Both the position numbers and the translations under genes were made by a program. Shown piece after piece: positions 60,010 to 64,000 of a stretch of DNA of 64,000 bases (position 1 is the first letter of the stretch; every line of letters begins with the position of its first letter). The stretch spans positions 992,001 through 1,056,000 of the forward strand of contig CAVSHR010000004.1 in NCBI GenBank assembly GCA_963727625.1, given 5' to 3'. Below the pieces are notes generated by a model that did no database searches, was not told the origin of the DNA, and was given only the letters and a program-made list of their open reading frames with translations. This stretch comes from an uncultured delta proteobacterium. Its GTDB lineage: Bacteria; Desulfobacterota; Binatia; UBA9968.

Positions 60010-61149
60010 TTATTTTTGCTTCGGGATGACCTGGCTCAAAAGCTTGCCCAACGGCCTGAGATCCTTGGAGCCGGGTGCGTCGGTGTCGAAATAGGCCAGA
60101 CCGTCCCTGCGCCGCTCTTCGGGGGGAATGTGATCTTTGGGCACGTCGATACGCCGCGAGTTTTTAGCATCCCCCGGAATGCTCATAATTTTTTGGAATG
60201 CGGTCTGACCGGCCCGCGACAGGTACCAGTTGATAAAGACCTTGGCGGCGTTTGGATGGGGCGCGCGATTGACGAGCGCCAACTGGCCGAAGGCCGAGGA
60301 AATATTGATGCCTTCCTTAAAATGATAGGGCGGAAAAGATGAAACGGGAAGACCCTGATTCTTCGCCTTCACCACTGTCGAGTCCTGGCAGGGCAGACAC
60401 AAAGCGACTTTTCCGTTGGCCAGCCAATCCACGGCCTGCCGCAAGTTGCCCACCATCGTCACATCCATTTCGCCGTAAAGACGCCGGATAAACTTCTCTC
60501 CCAGCTCCGGATGGTAGTAAATAAACCCCCAAGAACCGCCGGCGCCGCGCACTTTGCGGAGGTCCAAGGAGATGATTTTTCCTTTAAGCTTTGGGCTTAG
60601 AAAGTCCCAATAGGATTTGAAGTCGCCGGGTTTTATCTGCTGGGTGTTGAAAGCCGGGTTGCCGCCCCCCGAGACGTTGCCTTCATACACGAAAATATAC
60701 TCACCCTCCTTGTCGACGTATTTATGTTTTTTCTCCCACCACTTGGAGGTGTCGAGAACTTCCGGCAAGACCAGGGCGGGCTTGATGGGATCGAGAATTT
60801 TGTTCAAGAAGAGCACCTGGTAAAGCGAGTTGCCGCCGCCGTTGTAGACATCGGCGAGAAATTTCTCGGCCCGCCTTTCCGCCGCGATACGCTTGCTGAG
60901 TTGTGTGCCCGACCCGGTGACGCTAACCACTTTGATTTTAGGATAAGCTTTTTGAAATTCCCCTGAGTCGATCACTTTCCCGTAGCCGGCGATGTAAAGC
61001 GAGACTTGTCCCTCTTCTTCGGCGGCTTTGATGGTTTTATTCCACTCAGCCCGCCACGACTCGGCCGCTTCGCTCCGAGGCAGCCAGCTCCCGATGACCA
61101 TACCGGTAACAATGAAAAAGAAAAATACCCATGCACGCGCGGCAACCAT
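60010..61149 (-). CDS. ABC extracellular solute-binding protein
   Basis: Signal peptide, AAEEEGQV and APHPNAAKVFINW motifs. Confidence 0.85.
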   Translation of the reverse strand: MVAARAWVFFFFIVTGMVIGSWLPRSEAAESWRAEWNKTIKAAEEEGQVSLYIAGYGKVIDSGEFQKAYPKIKVVSVTGSGTQLSKRIAAERRAEKFLADVYNGGGNSLYQVLFLNKILDPIKPALVLPEVLDTSKWWEKKHKYVDKEGEYIFVYEGNVSGGGNPAFNTQQIKPGDFKSYWDFLSPKLKGKIISLDLRKVRGAGGSWGFIYYHPELGEKFIRRLYGEMDVTMVGNLRQAVDWLANGKVALCLPCQDSTVVKAKNQGLPVSSFPPYHFKEGINISSAFGQLALVNRAPHPNAAKVFINWYLSRAGQTAFQKIMSIPGDAKNSRRIDVPKDHIPPEERRRDGLAYFDTDAPGSKDLRPLGKLLSQVIPKQK

Positions 61150-61437
61150 CTTGGCACCTCCTTGAGATCGTTGTGGAGATCTTAACGAACCGTATCCCTA
61201 AAACAACAGCGCCGCTCAAACGCATCTAGAAATCCGAACCTGATGGCGGGATGAAGCGAGAACAGCTCTATTGGAGGATCGTCCTGGCGAACTTCCCCGC
61301 CGGTGCGCTTACTTTGGTGTAGTCGTCTTCGAGGTGGGTTCTGGACGAGATTTCGAGAATTCCCAAAACGTGAAAGCTCCCGGTCTGAATCAGTCGTTAA
61401 ACTTATGAACCGCCGAAGACTTGAACGATTTGAACCT

Positions 61438-61521
61438 GTTTCAGTATATGAAATTCTCGGCACGATGGCCTTCTACCATAGCGGCCTTCAGCGCTTCAAT
61501 CGAAAAGTAGTCTGTCCCCTT
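61438..61521 (-). repeat. Second copy of the RAYT-like 5' end (REP arm + promoter-like sequence + MPRIS)
   Basis: Nearly identical to 16093-16176. Confidence 0.75.
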
Positions 61522-61603
61522 CCTCCCTTTCCCCCTTTTCCCCTCCCTTGATTCACCCTCACTCTGCCTTTGCGGTCCGGTGAAAGCGGTTTAAAATGGC
61601 GTC

Positions 61604-62191
61604 ATGCATGGATTGGCGCCGCTCTTATTGCTGCTTCACGTCGTTCCAACCGCAGTCTATGGGTTCCAATTCGACATGTGGACTTCCGGGATGTCCAGTC
61701 GTGACGCATTGGCGATGGCCAGGGACAAGGATATCCCCATCGTCAGGGAAGGCCTCGTTTCCGTCGATAAACACTTCGACCCCAACGCCATCACGAAATA
61801 CCTCGACAGCGCCCACCTGTTTTATTACAGGACCGAACTCCGGGGTGAACCCGCACGAACAACCTTGATCTTTACCGCCGAGAGCAAGTTCCTATCCACG
61901 GTGCAGCTTCGGCGGGGCGGGGTTGCGAACAATGACGGTTTCGGGCAGTTCGTTTTCGAGATGCTGCAGAATAAATACGGCAGTTCCGTCAAAAAGAAAA
62001 AACAGATTTTCTTCGAAACCCTCTTCTGGACCATCGATAAAACCAACCGGGTTTCCATGCGAACCGGCTCCAATCAGATCTTGGTCGAATACCTCGACCT
62101 CACCGTCGACACGGCCGGGGAAAATGAACTCAGAGCCAGGAAAGAGCAATATCGCCGCGATGCAAAAGCCCATGCCGCCGGCAAATTTTGA
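61604..62191 (+). CDS. Hypothetical exported protein
   Basis: Hydrophobic N-terminus; 195-aa ORF with no recognised motif. Confidence 0.55.
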   Translation: MHGLAPLLLLLHVVPTAVYGFQFDMWTSGMSSRDALAMARDKDIPIVREGLVSVDKHFDPNAITKYLDSAHLFYYRTELRGEPARTTLIFTAESKFLSTVQLRRGGVANNDGFGQFVFEMLQNKYGSSVKKKKQIFFETLFWTIDKTNRVSMRTGSNQILVEYLDLTVDTAGENELRARKEQYRRDAKAHAAGKF

Positions 62192-62416
62192 AGACGTCAA
62201 CGGCAACCTACGGGAGGCAACCACTTAGCCACGGCGGAAGACGCGTTGTGTTCGGATTTAATTGCATTGAAAGCTGCGGGTTTCTTGAAGTGCAATTCGA
62301 CGGGTGCGAAATCAAGTTGCGTTTTTCCGCCCATCGGGCGTAATGGTTTCGTCGCAACAAACGGACGATCATGGGCAGTTGGACAGGCTTTTCTCTGGGA
62401 CAAGGAGGGCCAGCAG

Positions 62417-63676
62417 ATGACTTTGAATCCGTTCGCTAACCTCTGGGAACAACTGGGCCTGAGCGGCGACCGAGGTTCCCGCATTTTCGTCAGCTATCGA
62501 CGCGACGATGCGCGCGGCGACGCCGGCCGTCTCACCGACAATCTAAAAGCCCGCTTCGGCGAGAAGCAGATTTTTCGCGACATCGAAGCAATCGAGCCAG
62601 GGGTCGATTTCGTCGAGGCCATCAACCGCGCGGTGGGGGCCTCCACCGTATTGTTGGCGGTCATGGGGCCGAACTGGCTTAAGATTGCCGACGAGCGGGG
62701 GAATCGCCGGCTCGATGATCCCAGTGACTTCATTCGCCTGGAAGTCGGCGCGGCGCTGAAGCGCAACATCAGAGTCGTTCCCGTGCTCGTCGGCGACGCC
62801 TCCATGCCCAGGGCCGAACAACTGCCGCCGGACCTGGAAAGTTTTGCCCGACGCCAAGCCCACGAGCTTAGCGATCTCCGCTGGGAATTCGATGTCGCTC
62901 AGCTGATGAATACGATCGAGAAGCTCGGCATCAAACCTCTGCCGCAACGCCGCGGCAAGGGCGGCGCGAGCTGGTGGAGCAAGTACAGGCTCGCCGGAGC
63001 CGCGGGCGTTGCACTATTGGTCATCGCCGTTTACATCGCATCCGAGTTCACGGGCGACACCCAGGACTTATTGAATGAGTCCATGGAAAGCGTCTCGCCC
63101 ATGCCCGGCACAGTTACCAGAATCCCGCCGGAACCGATAGTCGTGCCAACGCTTCCCGCGCGCTCGCCGGAGTCGTTCAGTCCGACGCGCCAGGCCGTCG
63201 AGCCGCGCACGCCGGTCCGAGAGACCCCGGTGCGGTCGCAGCCCACCCAGCCGGCCCGCCCCCCGTTGTCGGATCGCGGTCTTGACGCCATAGGCGCCTA
63301 CCCCACCGTGGTCCAGGTGTTCAAGCCCGGCTGACCACCGTGCCAAGAGCTCAAGCGCGTCGTCGACGCGCTCAGACCGGAATTCTCCGACCGCATCGCC
63401 TTTGCGACCGTGGATCTGGACACGATGGAGGGGCAAACCTTCGCGTCCCATTTCGGCGTCGGCCACACGACTCTCTTGTTCTTCGATCGAGATGGCGACC
63501 TGGTCAATCAACATTACGGCACCACGACGGCGGCGCACCTCAGGAGAGTAATCGACGGGACCTTTGCCAGCGGCCGAACCCGGCAGGATGTCGTCTCGCA
63601 TCCCGAGACGCTCGAAGCCATCCGTGAGAAGTACAATCGCCAAGCAAAGGAGATCATCGACTCCATGGGACGGTGA
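62417..63676 (+). CDS. Putative selenoprotein: TIR domain - TM - Pro-rich linker - thioredoxin-like domain (UxxC)
   Basis: AAGGAGG RBS. TIR motifs IFVSYRR and FIRLEV, then a TM helix. The TGA at 63332 is followed in frame by PPC and a thioredoxin-like sequence to 63676. The TIR part alone is high confidence. Confidence 0.7.
63335..63380 (+). promoter_or_regulatory. Candidate bacterial SECIS element
   Basis: Perfect 8-bp stem AGCGCGTC/GACGCGCT (63354-63372) with a GTC loop starting 27 nt after the UGA. Confidence 0.55.
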
Positions 63677-63801
63677 GGTTGATCCTTAGGAAGTCGTGAT
63701 CTCACAGAAGGTAACAATAATCACCGACTCCGTTGCCACACGGCAGCGATGGAAACAGTACGCGCCAAGAAAGAGATTGTGCCGGTCGGACCAAGCTATG
63801 T

Positions 63802-64000
63802 TCATGCAGGATAGATGCTTTCATTCCAGAGATGAGTGTTTTCCGAGCTTAGAGCCTCAATTTCACCGGTGAATTTGCCAGCGTAAGCTTCAGGCGGCTC
63901 GCGCAGCGCATAGCTACCATCGGCTTCTATCAGATCACGATGTGCGGCTTTGACACCGAGCTGACTCTTGACGTTCTCGACAAACGCCAAGCTGCCAACC
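63802..64000 (-). mobile_element. 3' end of a REP-associated tyrosine (Y1) transposase-like gene (truncated by window)
   Basis: VGSLAFVENVKSQLGVKA..R...YALREP...Y...LS.EN...W resembles C-termini of RAYT-like transposases. The catalytic region lies outside the window. Confidence 0.55.

Noticed and set aside
63410-63676. Separate 88-aa ORF downstream of the TIR gene
   Set aside because: It starts mid-thioredoxin fold with no clear RBS and is in frame with the upstream ORF; it is better explained as the post-UGA part of one gene.

Overview
GC-rich bacterial chromosomal window. Its gene content (many solute-binding proteins, cupins, amidohydrolases, UbiD, Mo-hydroxylase) and its short-period intergenic repeats resemble Ca. 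Binatia-type deltaproteobacterial genomes; this taxonomy is inference only. Main blocks: (1) 1-11.9 kb, an aromatic/heteroaromatic catabolic cluster (Mo-hydroxylase LMS, UbiD, DHP-decarboxylase-like protein, heme-oxygenase-like diiron enzyme, two gentisate-dioxygenase-like cupins, LLM oxidoreductase, asparaginase-like enzyme). (2) 12.2-17 kb, an accessory patch (hicBA, decayed IS3, AT-richer solute-binding protein and cytochrome c', transposase remnants including an internally deleted RAYT-like element). (3) A MacAB-like ABC exporter and methyltransferases. (4) 25-43.4 kb, a CoA-dependent catabolic region (three non-canonical crotonases, ADP-forming acyl-CoA ligase, bicupin, orphan EutA, Cys-less thiolase plus DUF35, fused CoA-transferase, AcuI, prpCDB). 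(5) Assorted enzymes, an unannotated 34-aa membrane protein and an AT-richer lipoprotein + DUF2235 islet. (6) The most notable signal, at 62.4-63.7 kb: a TIR-domain/transmembrane ORF whose TGA stop falls at the first redox position of an in-frame thioredoxin-like domain (U-P-P-C) and is followed by a SECIS-like hairpin, making it a candidate TIR-selenothioredoxin membrane protein. No rRNA, tRNA or CRISPR array was recognised.
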